Below, in pieces: positions 31,376 to 41,198 of a stretch of 64,000 bases of DNA. Both the position numbers and the translations under genes were made by a program. The DNA is taken from positions 43,406 to 107,405 of IMG/VR virus record IMGVR_UViG_3300028832_000110; one strand, 5' to 3'. The notes beneath the pieces are model-generated. The model saw only the letters and a list, made by a program, of their open reading frames with translations, did no database searches and was not told the origin of the DNA. Within the stretch, counting starts at the first letter, position 1, and each line of letters opens with the position of its first letter. This DNA comes from a virus (lineage: Duplodnaviria > Caudoviricetes).

Positions 31376-32318
31376 TGAATTTCTTCTTTAGATTTTCAAG
31401 CAATTTTTCGACAGAGGGGAAGATTTCTTCCTCTTTATAGCGGACATCGCCATCTTTGTTGACAACGAGATAGGAGAAACCTCCATCAAACTTGCCAATC
31501 TTTTTCACGATACCAGACTTCACGATATTTCCATTCATGAAGAAAACCTTGTCACCAACACTAAACCCGGGCTTCGGATTATTGAATTGGTAAATCTGGT
31601 TTGGATTCATTATGATTGGCATGGCGAAAACATCAATGGCATCAAGATGAAGAGGCATTTGTGCCAGATGCTTACGAAGGTTAAATGTGTCAAGACGGAA
31701 AGCCTTGATTCGGTCTTCAAGTTCCTTCGCAGTTTTCTCGCTTACACCTTTGACAGAATTGTTGGGAATATTTTCCTTTCCAACGTCAAAGGATTTATCA
31801 GCGACAGCCTTTGCCATGGCCTTGGGTACGATTTCAACGAAATCACGCCACAACTTCTGATATGCCTGCTTTGCGGCTTCTGGCATACCATGAACTTCCA
31901 TCGCTGAGAGATCGCCGACTTTTCGCAGGATTTTTGCAACCTCCTTTGTCATTTCAACAAAGCGGTCAACGTCAAACTCCAATTTGAAGCGAATGCCGCC
32001 ACAATTATTTTGTAGCTGCTCCAGTTCATCGTGCTTCTTTGCCAAACGCTTCTGCAACTTCTCAACCTTCTTATTCAGTTTGTCGATGGTTTCAAGGGCA
32101 TCAGAGAGGTCGCCACCGCCACCGATTCTTTTGCAGGTATAGAACAGTTCCATGTCATCGCTGTCACCAAACGGATCAACGAGTTTGATGGCGGCTTGGT
32201 CGGGAATATCCTCACCATTCAGCAAGTCCAGACATTGCTTGAACATCTTGAAGCAAAGTTTAACCTGCGCCCGAAGTTGTTCGGGCGTCAGGTCTTCGAG
32301 TTTCAGTATCTTCGACAT
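31368..32318 (-). CDS. Hypothetical protein (coiled coil plus C-terminal SH3/KOW-like domain)
   Basis: 316 aa; FSVGDKVFF motif. Confidence 0.7.
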   Translation of the reverse strand: MSKILKLEDLTPEQLRAQVKLCFKMFKQCLDLLNGEDIPDQAAIKLVDPFGDSDDMELFYTCKRIGGGGDLSDALETIDKLNKKVEKLQKRLAKKHDELEQLQNNCGGIRFKLEFDVDRFVEMTKEVAKILRKVGDLSAMEVHGMPEAAKQAYQKLWRDFVEIVPKAMAKAVADKSFDVGKENIPNNSVKGVSEKTAKELEDRIKAFRLDTFNLRKHLAQMPLHLDAIDVFAMPIIMNPNQIYQFNNPKPGFSVGDKVFFMNGNIVKSGIVKKIGKFDGGFSYLVVNKDGDVRYKEEEIFPSVEKLLENLKKKFNG

Positions 32319-32324
32319 AACAGA

Positions 32325-33170
32325 TTACTTTTTATTGGTTGAACCTGCGGGGCGACCGGGCTTTCTCTTCTCTTGGGAGTCAGCGTTGTCACCACCTTCA
32401 CCCTCACCTTTACCGTCGGCATCACCAGTGCCAGGAGCCTCAGTTCCTTCACCTTCGCCACCTTCACCGTTGGCAGGGGCTTCGTCTGTGGGGGCTGACT
32501 CACCTGCACCTGCATTCTCAGCAGCGGCCTTAGCCTTTGCATCTTCCTCTGCCTTTGCAGCAGCCTCGGCTTCAGCCTTTGCCTTTTCCTCAAACTCATT
32601 CTCGATGTCGGCAACGGTGGTTTCACCACTAACGACCTTCTCAAAGAGAGAGGCGAGAGTTTCAATACCGTTCTCACGCACAAAGGCGATGCGGTCTTCA
32701 TTCGTGCCTGCGGGATCACTTGCCTTTTCGAGAATGTCATGTGTGTTCTCGTCGGCAATATTGATGACACCGTATTTGTTCAGAACGATAATCAAGGCAC
32801 TCCAGTTCTTTGCATCGGCGATTCTCTGGTTCTCAGCAGCAGCCTCTTGGTTGAAGCCTGCGTCAATGAGTGCGCCTACACGCTCTTCCTCCGGCATAGC
32901 CATGATTTTTTCAAGAAGGGCTTTGCGCTCGGCTTCCTTTGCGGCCTTCTCAGCCTCAATCTCTGCCTTGTGCTCGGCGATAGTACCACCAGTCTCTTCG
33001 GGTTTGTCGAGACGATTCACACTCTGTTTTGAAGCATTCTCAAACAGACGGTCTTCTTCAAGACGGTTCTTTGCGGCTTCAGCGGCATTGTTCATACCCT
33101 GACGATATGCGTTGCCGATTTCCTCAGACTTGATAGTCTTGGGGTTGTTGTTTCCTACTACAATTCCCAT
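32325..33170 (-). CDS. Acidic low-complexity protein with C-terminal AT-hook-like tail
   Basis: E/A/G-rich, ends KRKPGRPAGSTNKK. Confidence 0.7.
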   Translation of the reverse strand: MGIVVGNNNPKTIKSEEIGNAYRQGMNNAAEAAKNRLEEDRLFENASKQSVNRLDKPEETGGTIAEHKAEIEAEKAAKEAERKALLEKIMAMPEEERVGALIDAGFNQEAAAENQRIADAKNWSALIIVLNKYGVINIADENTHDILEKASDPAGTNEDRIAFVRENGIETLASLFEKVVSGETTVADIENEFEEKAKAEAEAAAKAEEDAKAKAAAENAGAGESAPTDEAPANGEGGEGEGTEAPGTGDADGKGEGEGGDNADSQEKRKPGRPAGSTNKK

Positions 33171-33182
33171 AGCTGTAATTTT

Positions 33183-33665
33183 TTAGTGATTAAATTGTGA
33201 TTTGTCGATAACTAAGTAAATGGTGTCGATGACGTGTCCGGCAGGACTGGCATCAACGGCATTAGGCATATTACGCAGTAAAGGAGTGGCAAATGCACTA
33301 TCCAACACCTCCACGTCATTGACGAAATATTGTGAGCGGCCACGATTATGGAACCAATTCCATCCCCTAACGCGATGGTACTTGATCTTGATTTTCCAAC
33401 CCTTAACCTGCGCCTCCTTCATCAAGTCAATCAACTGCGACTGGTCATCGCGGTCATTGTCGAAGGAAAAGGTAAAGGGGTCGCCACTCGTATTCATGCC
33501 AGTCTGCGTGATGTTGAGATTGCCATCCCATGAATCCCAGAGTAGTCCTGACTTCGCAAACTCCGTCAAGACACCAACCTTCTCACCCTCAGAATAGTTC
33601 TCAGAGCAAGAGCACATGACAATGCTCATTAGAGCAATAGCCAGAAACAAAACGATTTTCTTCAT
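33183..33665 (-). CDS. Putative lipoprotein
   Basis: Start MKKIVLFLAIALMSIVMCSC (lipobox-like); YSEGEKVG motif. Confidence 0.65.
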   Translation of the reverse strand: MKKIVLFLAIALMSIVMCSCSENYSEGEKVGVLTEFAKSGLLWDSWDGNLNITQTGMNTSGDPFTFSFDNDRDDQSQLIDLMKEAQVKGWKIKIKYHRVRGWNWFHNRGRSQYFVNDVEVLDSAFATPLLRNMPNAVDASPAGHVIDTIYLVIDKSQFNH

Positions 33666-33728
33666 AACACTTTTATTTATGTGAAACATTCCAGTTCTTT
33701 CCAATTCTTGCAACATTTGAAAGAATTA

Positions 33729-34181
33729 TCAACAATCTTCGAGCTTTCCTTCATAGCAACCAAGACCGTAGTTACGGCGCGAACAATTACTATTAAGCAG
33801 ACAACTCGCACACGAACAGAAGGTGTGACCCATGTAATCGTGATAGATATGGCAGTCGGGGAAGTTGCAGAGCATACCATCGACATGGGAGCAACCCTTT
33901 TTCCTATATACGGGGCATTTGCTGACGGGATCGCTATTGAGCCAACGGTAATAGGCTCTCTTTATCCTTCCAAAAACAGAAATTTTCTGCCCTAACCTCG
34001 GAATCGGCTTCAACTCTGCTGTCATATAGCCTTGAACCTCGTTTCCTTCAAAGGCAACTTTGACATTGTACTCGTTGTAATCATCAAATCCGACAATCTT
34101 ACCGATGTCGCCGTGATGACTGTTATTGACTAATATCACGACGAGTTGACCAATTTTGAACTTATCCTTTGCTTTTTCCAT
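33729..34181 (-). CDS. Hypothetical protein (KOW-like plus Cys-rich domain)
   Basis: 150-aa ORF. Confidence 0.6.
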   Translation of the reverse strand: MEKAKDKFKIGQLVVILVNNSHHGDIGKIVGFDDYNEYNVKVAFEGNEVQGYMTAELKPIPRLGQKISVFGRIKRAYYRWLNSDPVSKCPVYRKKGCSHVDGMLCNFPDCHIYHDYMGHTFCSCASCLLNSNCSRRNYGLGCYEGKLEDC

Positions 34182-34184
34182 GAC

Positions 34185-34727
34185 TTATGCGTTTAAGAAA
34201 TCTTCCACGTCCAGATAGTCAATGCCAAAGTTCTCGGCACATTCCTTGTCAGAGTTGGAGAATTGACCCTCCTTGCCACTGGCATCACCAACCATAAGCA
34301 TATTGGCTTTGTTTTTGATGATGGGCGCGGCATAGCATAGCTTCTCGGCATAGAACTTTTCGAGCATACCGGGATTGGGCTTGCGCATGGGGTTGGTTTT
34401 GTCCTCACTCGCACAATAGTAGGAGAATACATCAATGAAAATGTCGTTGGGATTGTCATTGAGATAGTATTCCATGAACGTTCTCACGGCAGCAAGTTTG
34501 GCGTTGAAGTCATGCTCACTGCAATAGCGGGGAATGCCGCCTTGATTGCTGACGATGCAGACCATGTGGAGGTTTGGCATGGAAACCCTCACCTTGTCAA
34601 GAAAATCCTTCTTGATCTGGAAGTCCGTAACGTCTTTGGCAAAGGTCTCGCCGCTAATGGTCTTGATGATGGTGTCATCAAAGTCCAGAAACAGAACGGT
34701 CTTATCCGATAATTGAAATCCTGTCAT
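34185..34727 (-). CDS. HAD-IIIA phosphatase (polynucleotide 3'-phosphatase-like)
   Basis: DFDDT, SNQGG, RKPNPGM, VGDASG...SDKECA motifs. Confidence 0.85.
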   Translation of the reverse strand: MTGFQLSDKTVLFLDFDDTIIKTISGETFAKDVTDFQIKKDFLDKVRVSMPNLHMVCIVSNQGGIPRYCSEHDFNAKLAAVRTFMEYYLNDNPNDIFIDVFSYYCASEDKTNPMRKPNPGMLEKFYAEKLCYAAPIIKNKANMLMVGDASGKEGQFSNSDKECAENFGIDYLDVEDFLNA

Positions 34728-34729
34728 AA

Positions 34730-35065
34730 CTACTGCTCATTAATTTGTGACTGGAGCATCTTCTTGTATATCCTCACGCTATAAAGGCGATGCAATGTGC
34801 GTCCGTGCAACTCCGATACGATGTTGAACTGCTTCGCAATCTTCCGCTTCATAAACCAGAAGCTATTGTAGTACATCTGCATCCAGAACTGGCTTTCGAC
34901 ACGATGCAGTTGCAGTTCCGTTTCCAGATATTGCTCATGCAAGATGACGAATTCCATTTTGTCAGTACCGTCAACTTCCATTGTCAAGAGTGCCTGCGAC
35001 AACTTTTCAAGGGTGTCGTTGAGTTCTCTTCTCGTTTTCAGAAATTCATCGTATTCCATAGACAT
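34730..35065 (-). CDS. Hypothetical protein
   Basis: 111-aa ORF in operon. Confidence 0.6.
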   Translation of the reverse strand: MSMEYDEFLKTRRELNDTLEKLSQALLTMEVDGTDKMEFVILHEQYLETELQLHRVESQFWMQMYYNSFWFMKRKIAKQFNIVSELHGRTLHRLYSVRIYKKMLQSQINEQ

Positions 35066-35542
35066 TTATTGTTTATCGGGGTCAAGGGCATGGCTATCTA
35101 CGAAGTCAATGCCATTCTTCTTTAGCTGCTCCAAAGCATCGTGGTATTTCTCGTTGAGAGTGCGCAGGCTCTCCCAAACCTCCGAAATCTGATCGTTGAC
35201 CTCACCACTGACATCGGGGAACAAGCCGATGGCAGGAATGACCTTACCCTCACCGAACTTGTCTTTGGCATAGCCGATGGCATTGATGAAGCAGGTCTTA
35301 TATGCGTCGAGGTCACGCTGCATCTGAAGCATGGCATCGACTGAAGTGTTATTGCTTGCAGTCATAGCCTGCTTGACAACGGCAACGCTATCATCACTGA
35401 GGCAGTAGGTCTTGACAACGCCGCCGCAAACTAAGTAAAGCATCTTCTTTTCTTCATTCAGTTCAGACACCATATCCAAATTGATTACTCGCTTTGGCTT
35501 TGCCGAACCAATGATACACTGGATTTCTACAAATCTACTCAT
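35066..35542 (-). CDS. Hypothetical protein
   Basis: 158-aa ORF in operon. Confidence 0.65.
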   Translation of the reverse strand: MSRFVEIQCIIGSAKPKRVINLDMVSELNEEKKMLYLVCGGVVKTYCLSDDSVAVVKQAMTASNNTSVDAMLQMQRDLDAYKTCFINAIGYAKDKFGEGKVIPAIGLFPDVSGEVNDQISEVWESLRTLNEKYHDALEQLKKNGIDFVDSHALDPDKQ

Positions 35543-35554
35543 AGCACAATGGTT

Positions 35555-37000
35555 TTATATTTGATATTCTAAGTCGTGATCACTGAAAATGGAATAGACA
35601 ACGCCAAGGCTAACCCTATGTATCTGGCTCTCACTGAGCGTTCTGTTCATCCACTTATAAAAGGCATTCGCCTCTTCAGCAACATAATCGTTTTCCCTGC
35701 ACCACTTCGCATACTCGGCATAGAAGACATTCGCCAACACGCGCTTGGGCTTCTCGTCTAACTGGTTGATGTGGTAGTTTTCCCTCAGACCCTTCTCATT
35801 CATAAAAAGCCTTATGGTCTGACGGTTCTCTACCATATACTTTCGCTTTTCGTCATCGCTCATTTTGGCCTTGGTGAACCTAAAGTCATCCTTCACCAAC
35901 TTCTTATAGCCCTCAATGAGCCAATTCCTAATGCCGGAATACTCATTGCGCAAGTTACTGCCTAACTCCCTATCCATATCCTTCGCCGTGACAGCAGCCC
36001 TAAACGGAATGAATATCAATCGTCTAAGCATAGCCCTATCCATATTGCTATTCGTGGGCTTGTTGTTCATGGAAAAGATTAGAAATGGAATATCGGCCTT
36101 GGTCTCGAACTTGCCTTTGATAGTGCGTGTGGTCTGAGGACTGCCACTGCACAGACTCTTAAAGGCATCCTCGTATCTGGTAATGTCATAAGCCTGCACC
36201 TCGTCGCAGATATTGAATATCTTTCCCACAACCTGCTCACCGATTAACCTGGCTCTGCTATCCATATTGCCACTTACCAAGTCAGCCAATGCGACATTGC
36301 ATACGTTCCAACCACCAACGACATCGGTAATGACATTGGTAATGGTTGACTTACCGTTGGCTCCAGTACCTACGAGCCACAGACTTTCTTCGACTCTGTG
36401 AGTCATCCTACGCCTATAAACACAAGCCAGACCCATGTACTTCTGCAAAGTCAGAATATGGTCATCGGGCAAAATGCCCTTCAAAAAGGAAATCCATTTG
36501 GGGCAGGTGGCATTGGGATCATAGTCATAGTCCAACAACCTAATGACTGGCATCTTCTCACCAAAGCCATACTTCACGGGATTATCAATGTCAGAGAAAT
36601 CCCAGATACCATTTCTGAAACCGACAATGGAAGGCGATAACTCCAATACACTACTCTTTGCACCATCGCAAAGACTGTTATAGAGCTTCTGAATGGACTT
36701 AACAACGTCATCCTTGTCAACCTTACACGCAACAAGAGCATCACTCAAACTATACTGCATGACGCGAAGCTCAGAGTCAGAGAGACAATTCCATATCCTA
36801 CCATCGAAATGATAGATGTCACCGTTCCAACTGCGCAAACACTGCTTGCCAACCTTGAAAACAATGTTGGAATAGTCTAACAGCCTGTGACCATACCTCT
36901 GCTGATGATAAGCCTCAGTGAGTTCCTTGCGATCAATACTCGCAACGAAATCCTGCTTCAACTTCTCACGCAAGTCCAATGTATGTAAGGAACCCTTCAT
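35555..37000 (-). CDS. SF3 helicase, D5/P4 primase-helicase family (no obvious primase domain)
   Basis: D5_N-like GFRNG...DYDPNATCPKW, Walker A GTGANGKST, AMLRRLIFIPF. Confidence 0.85.
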   Translation of the reverse strand: MKGSLHTLDLREKLKQDFVASIDRKELTEAYHQQRYGHRLLDYSNIVFKVGKQCLRSWNGDIYHFDGRIWNCLSDSELRVMQYSLSDALVACKVDKDDVVKSIQKLYNSLCDGAKSSVLELSPSIVGFRNGIWDFSDIDNPVKYGFGEKMPVIRLLDYDYDPNATCPKWISFLKGILPDDHILTLQKYMGLACVYRRRMTHRVEESLWLVGTGANGKSTITNVITDVVGGWNVCNVALADLVSGNMDSRARLIGEQVVGKIFNICDEVQAYDITRYEDAFKSLCSGSPQTTRTIKGKFETKADIPFLIFSMNNKPTNSNMDRAMLRRLIFIPFRAAVTAKDMDRELGSNLRNEYSGIRNWLIEGYKKLVKDDFRFTKAKMSDDEKRKYMVENRQTIRLFMNEKGLRENYHINQLDEKPKRVLANVFYAEYAKWCRENDYVAEEANAFYKWMNRTLSESQIHRVSLGVVYSIFSDHDLEYQI

Positions 37001-37051
37001 GCGCGTATTTAACCCTATAATATAAATATTTTATTTCTTAACACTCAAAAA

Positions 37052-37283
37052 TGCCTACATTGCCTACATTTTGCCTACATGATGCAAAGATAAACCCTTT
37101 ATTTAAAAGGGAATGCGATATGTAGGGAAAAATCAAGAAAACAGTAGAAAAATATCTATTTTGCCTACATTATGTAGGGAAAAAACATCGAAAATACATA
37201 GTTTTAACAGAAATTAAACACAAAATTTACCCAAAAAATGCCGATTTTTCGATTTTTGTCGATTTTAAGACATTTGCCTACAT
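37052..37283. repeat. TGCCTACAT iterons / putative replication origin
   Basis: Direct copies at 37052, 37061, 37072, 37162, 37275 (also 37774); inverted ATGTAGG at 37120, 37172, 37858; AT-rich flanks; adjacent to the helicase gene and its promoter (TATCTTTG, minus strand, 37085-37092). Confidence 0.6.
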
Positions 37284-38039
37284 TATGCCCTATACATCGG
37301 ACTTCAAGCCACATCGACACCATGCAAAACCAAAGTGTTAAAACTGTGTTAAATCAGAAAAATAATAAAAAATTAAAATAAAAAATTTTTGTGAGAGGTG
37401 AAAACGGCGGTTTATCTGATCTGGAGGGGGGCTTCCCCTGCCTTTTTGTGTCAAAATTAATGATTTAATAATGATACATTATAAATATAATGTAACTTTC
37501 TCAATTTTAAGATTTTACGATGATTTTTTAACATTTGCCGAAAGTCGCCACTAAAGCCCTATTTATCGTACTTTTCGCAAATTTTTCGTACTTATTTTAT
37601 GTTAATTTCGTACTTTTATTAATACGTTTTAATTGGTTATTTGCAATTATGAAAAAGTTAATTTTAACTTAACTTTTTGTATGTTATTTTTACTTTTTAA
37701 GCTCGTTTTCTTGCTTTGTTCATTGCCTATATTTGCCCCTTTAGCCCCTTATTCTTTGCCCCTTTGCCCTTATTGCCTACATTAAAGACAAGACCACAAA
37801 AGACCATACAAGACCATATAAAAGCCCCTTATTCGCTCTATACATATTATATATATAATGTAGGCTTTGCCGCTTTTGGGCTTTGTCTGGCTTCGCTTTT
37901 GCCCCTTTGCTTATGTTATGATCAATACGCATAACCTACAAAAATACGCTTATATATTGCACGATTTGCCGCTTTTGTGCATACTTTTGTAAAGAATTCG
38001 GAAAACTTTGCACCTTTTGCAAAAATAATCATATAAATA

Positions 38040-38071
38040 TTTGCATATTTCAAATATTGTTTGTACCTTTG
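38040..38071 (+). promoter_or_regulatory. Consensus Bacteroidota promoter
   Basis: -33 TTTG (38040) and -7 TACCTTTG (38064-38071). Confidence 0.75.
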
Positions 38072-38131
38072 CCACTGAAAAGATATAATATCGGACTTGC
38101 ACGAAGCAAGAAACACTAAACAATTTAAATT

Positions 38132-38770
38132 ATGAACAAAAAGAATTTAGCTACTATCGACACAAGAAAAGACGCAGTAGCAATTATGGAAAAGCAAAGC
38201 GAGAAAAAAGTCGAAAATTCTACGCTTTCAGAAACAGACAAAATTAAAGCGTTTATTTCAGCCGCTGAAAATTCAGACGATTTTAAAGCCGCTAAAAAGA
38301 GCGCAGACGCAGAGCTCAGAAAATTACAAGCTACTTTGTACGCTAAAGTTTACGCCCCTTATTGCGCCAATTATTTGAGCGAATATTTTGCAGACGCAGA
38401 CGCAGACGAAATTAAAGCCGAAATTTCGCAGTTTATTAATGATACTGCAAATTGCACAATTTTAATTGCAAGCGAAAGCCCCGAAAAATTTGGCGAAAAT
38501 TCATGCACTACTTTTGCAACTGAAAACCGCAATTTTTATGGCTACGTTTTCAGCCCCGAAAGCGCAGCAAAAGCCGCAAGACTTGTTAATTATTGGCTTG
38601 AGTATCGTCGCAATATCGTTGACTCTTTAGCCGCTAAAGTAGCCGCCAAAAAAGCAACCGCAAGAAAAGCCGCTAAAGCCGAAAAGAGCGCAGTCGAATT
38701 GCTTGCCGAAAAATACGGTGTATCGGTTGAACAACTTAATTCTATACTTGCCGCAAATTTGGCAAAGTAA
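38132..38770 (+). CDS. Ala/Lys-rich hypothetical protein (probable immediate-early gene)
   Basis: 212-aa ORF with its own promoter and terminator. Confidence 0.75.
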   Translation: MNKKNLATIDTRKDAVAIMEKQSEKKVENSTLSETDKIKAFISAAENSDDFKAAKKSADAELRKLQATLYAKVYAPYCANYLSEYFADADADEIKAEISQFINDTANCTILIASESPEKFGENSCTTFATENRNFYGYVFSPESAAKAARLVNYWLEYRRNIVDSLAAKVAAKKATARKAAKAEKSAVELLAEKYGVSVEQLNSILAANLAK

Positions 38771-38791
38771 CAAGACCACACAAGACAAAGG

Positions 38792-38816
38792 AAAAGGGCT
38801 TTTTTAGCCCTTTTTC
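38792..38816 (+). terminator. Intrinsic terminator
   Basis: AAAAGGGCT-TTTTT-AGCCCTTTTT. Confidence 0.65.
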
Positions 38817-39199
38817 TTGTTTTATAGGGCTTTTATTCTTTAGCCCTTATATTTTGCCCTTTGTAACTCTAAAAGGTTTTATTTCGGCTTTTGTAGGGTG
38901 CAAATATCGGATATTTCAACGGGCACAAAATTACGCTTTTAATTTGGCTTAATTTAAGCCGCTTTAATAGCTTTTTTATTTCGTACCTTATAAAGATACA
39001 ACAAGACAAAGAAAAGCCCATACAAAGGAAAATAAAAGGGCTTTTTCGGGCTTTTGTGTGTTTCTGGCAAAGGTGCAAATATAAGGGCTTTAATATTGCG
39101 CTTTTATTTAGGGCAAAGAAAAAGGGCTTAATTTTCGGGGCTTTTGTCTTAATTGATTTTAGCCCTACAAAAAACCGCGTGAATTTTCGCGTAAAATTG

Positions 39200-39720
39200 T
39201 GGCGGTTGGTTTCCTGCCTCAACTCCAGCCTGAAAAACTGGAGGGCAAAACGGCAAAAGAAAAAGCCGATCGAATTAGTTTGGCGCAAGCCAGACGAATT
39301 TCGGGGCAAGTTTTGATGCGCCGTGTGATAGAGCAGAACCGACGAATTTTTTCGTTAGGCTGTGGCAGATCGTTGCGGTTAAGGTTTTGGGGGAGAAATC
39401 CCAGGACCCGAAACGATTGCAAGGAATTTCGTGAAAAATCCTTGTAGAAATCTGAAAAAGTCCATAATTGAATTTTACTCTATTTGGTTTGGGCTGGCTA
39501 TGGTGCAGAATATTTTCGTCACTAACTAAGCAAAACATAAGAACGTGAAAGTATAGCATGAAAATATGAGCAATTTTTGATGTAGTTTAGCCTGAATAAT
39601 TTCGGGCGGTGGAAATGAAAGACTTTCCACTGCCTACAAAATTCTGTGGATAATCGGCTTGAAAATAGAGCTGAGAATTGAAAATCGAATTTTCTCCGCA
39701 GAGCAATGGCGATTTTGCCA
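39200..39720 (+). ncRNA. Candidate structured non-coding RNA
   Basis: Consecutive stems with G-U pairs on the + strand, including GTTTGGC-GCAA-GCCAGAC (GNRA loop); no convincing ORF. Confidence 0.35.
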
Positions 39721-39743
39721 GAATCAAATTAAAGATAGAAATT

Positions 39744-39854
39744 ATGAAGAATTTAGTTGTTGACAATGCCGTGATTTTTATCGGCACGTTTGAGGACTGC
39801 AAAATGATTGCAGATGTTTATGACGAGAATCAGATCAATTATGAGATAAAATAA
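39744..39854 (+). CDS. Small hypothetical protein (36 aa)
   Basis: A-rich leader plus MKNLVVDNAVIF...; below the ORF-track cutoff. Confidence 0.45.
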   Translation: MKNLVVDNAVIFIGTFEDCKMIADVYDENQINYEIK

Positions 39855-39859
39855 ATCGT

Positions 39860-39985
39860 ATGAAAATTGATCTGGCTAAGTATGCCGAGAAAATCTTCAA
39901 GAAATACGGCATGGAAAAAGGCATTAAGATTATTTGTAGTTCTGCTATTGGAAACTATGCAGGAATTTATCCCGAATATTTATGA
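39860..39985 (+). CDS. Small hypothetical protein (41 aa)
   Basis: MKIDLAKYAEKIF...; ATGA overlap with the next gene. Confidence 0.45.
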   Translation: MKIDLAKYAEKIFKKYGMEKGIKIICSSAIGNYAGIYPEYL

Positions 39986-40263
39986 AGAATCCTTTTTTGA
40001 ATTATAGTCCAGAGAAAAGGATAGCGAGAATCGCTGCCTTGGATTTGGAGGAATTTCAGCGCATAATAAGCAAGCGCGGAATGAGTGAGTGGACTGCCGG
40101 GGAAATCATCGCAGGTTTTCAGTATTTAAAACTGAGGATGAAAGAGCTGAATCTTTCCAAGCAGAAACTCATGGAATTGGGCTGTGATTACGAAGCCTAT
40201 AAAAATCTCTATTTCTCCGCAGCACCTAAGCGATCTGCGGAGAGCCAAATTAAATTATGGTAA
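39982..40263 (+). CDS. Hypothetical protein
   Basis: 93-aa ORF. Confidence 0.6.
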   Translation: MKNPFLNYSPEKRIARIAALDLEEFQRIISKRGMSEWTAGEIIAGFQYLKLRMKELNLSKQKLMELGCDYEAYKNLYFSAAPKRSAESQIKLW

Positions 40264-40273
40264 TTAAAATTCA

Positions 40274-40483
40274 ATGAAAATGAAAGACTTTTTTATCTTC
40301 CTAATCGGCACTTTGTTTTTGAGTCCGATTGTTGTGTTTGGTTTAAGCGGTAGTTTTTTAGGCTTCGTTATAGCCAGTTTTTGGGTGATTGGAATCTACG
40401 GCACAACGCAGTGGTTTCCGAGGTTCTGGAAAAAGTGGTGGCGAATTAATATGTATTACGTCAACATTTTAGAGGGCAAATAA
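40274..40483 (+). CDS. Small membrane protein
   Basis: Two hydrophobic segments. Confidence 0.6.
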   Translation: MKMKDFFIFLIGTLFLSPIVVFGLSGSFLGFVIASFWVIGIYGTTQWFPRFWKKWWRINMYYVNILEGK

Positions 40484-40498
40484 TTTGGTTTGGAATTA

Positions 40499-40575
40499 AG
40501 TACGAAACAAGTACGAAAGAGTACGATACGAAGTACGATGGCTTTCAGTACGATTAATTTCTGCTGAAAGTACGA
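40499..40575 (+). repeat. AGTACGA motif cluster
   Basis: Six copies at 40499, 40510, 40520, 40532, 40547, 40569. Confidence 0.9.
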
Positions 40576-40699
40576 AAGGTTTTTAGTTATTTGCTTTAGT
40601 TATTTTATCTCCCTAATTTGTTGCATCCGTGAGGACTATTACTTTCCCTTGATTAATTTTTCAACGGAAAGTACGATGTAATTCTAATAGTATTTAGTT

Positions 40700-40921
40700 A
40701 TGGCAAATTCAGAGTTCAAAGCAAGCGGTTATTTATGCCTATCAAATTCTGGAGGAATTGAGGTAGAAATAAATAGCTGTGGTGATGGTGTGCGTTATCG
40801 CTTCACCCACGACCAAAAAGTTTCAAGGTGGCAGGAGGTTAAATATTCGCGCCGAGAATCACGACCTTATTTCGTGTGTCATAAACGCAGGTATTATCTG
40901 GATCAGTTTATGCGCAGTTGA
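40700..40921 (+). CDS. Hypothetical protein (hairpin array)
   Basis: 73 aa, preceded by a hairpin and A-rich leader. Confidence 0.7.
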   Translation: MANSEFKASGYLCLSNSGGIEVEINSCGDGVRYRFTHDQKVSRWQEVKYSRRESRPYFVCHKRRYYLDQFMRS

Positions 40922-40990
40922 AAGTACGAAGAATTTCCCATGATTTAATTATCGTGGGAAGTACGATGAATTTAATGAAAGGAAAAAGTT

Positions 40991-41134
40991 ATGGAAAAGT
41001 CATTCAAAGAAATTGCGGCTCAGATTGAGCGCATTTACACCCTTTATTATCGTTGGGGTTGTGGTACGAAGAAAATGATCGAGAAATCGGAAAGGTTTTT
41101 CACGTCACGGCAAAGAATTGGCTTGTGCTTCTGA
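40991..41134 (+). CDS. Small hypothetical protein (47 aa, hairpin array)
   Basis: MEKSFKEIAAQIERIY...; fills the space between two hairpins. Confidence 0.55.
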   Translation: MEKSFKEIAAQIERIYTLYYRWGCGTKKMIEKSERFFTSRQRIGLCF

Positions 41135-41198
41135 TTTTCCACCGCTTAATTGTGGTGGAGAGTACGAAATTATTTTCTAACACTAAAATGAGTAAATT

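Noticed and set aside
38869-39447. Overlapping ORFs of 67-146 aa
   Set aside because: No typical leader or ATG context, and low-complexity repeat-derived translations; treated as non-coding.
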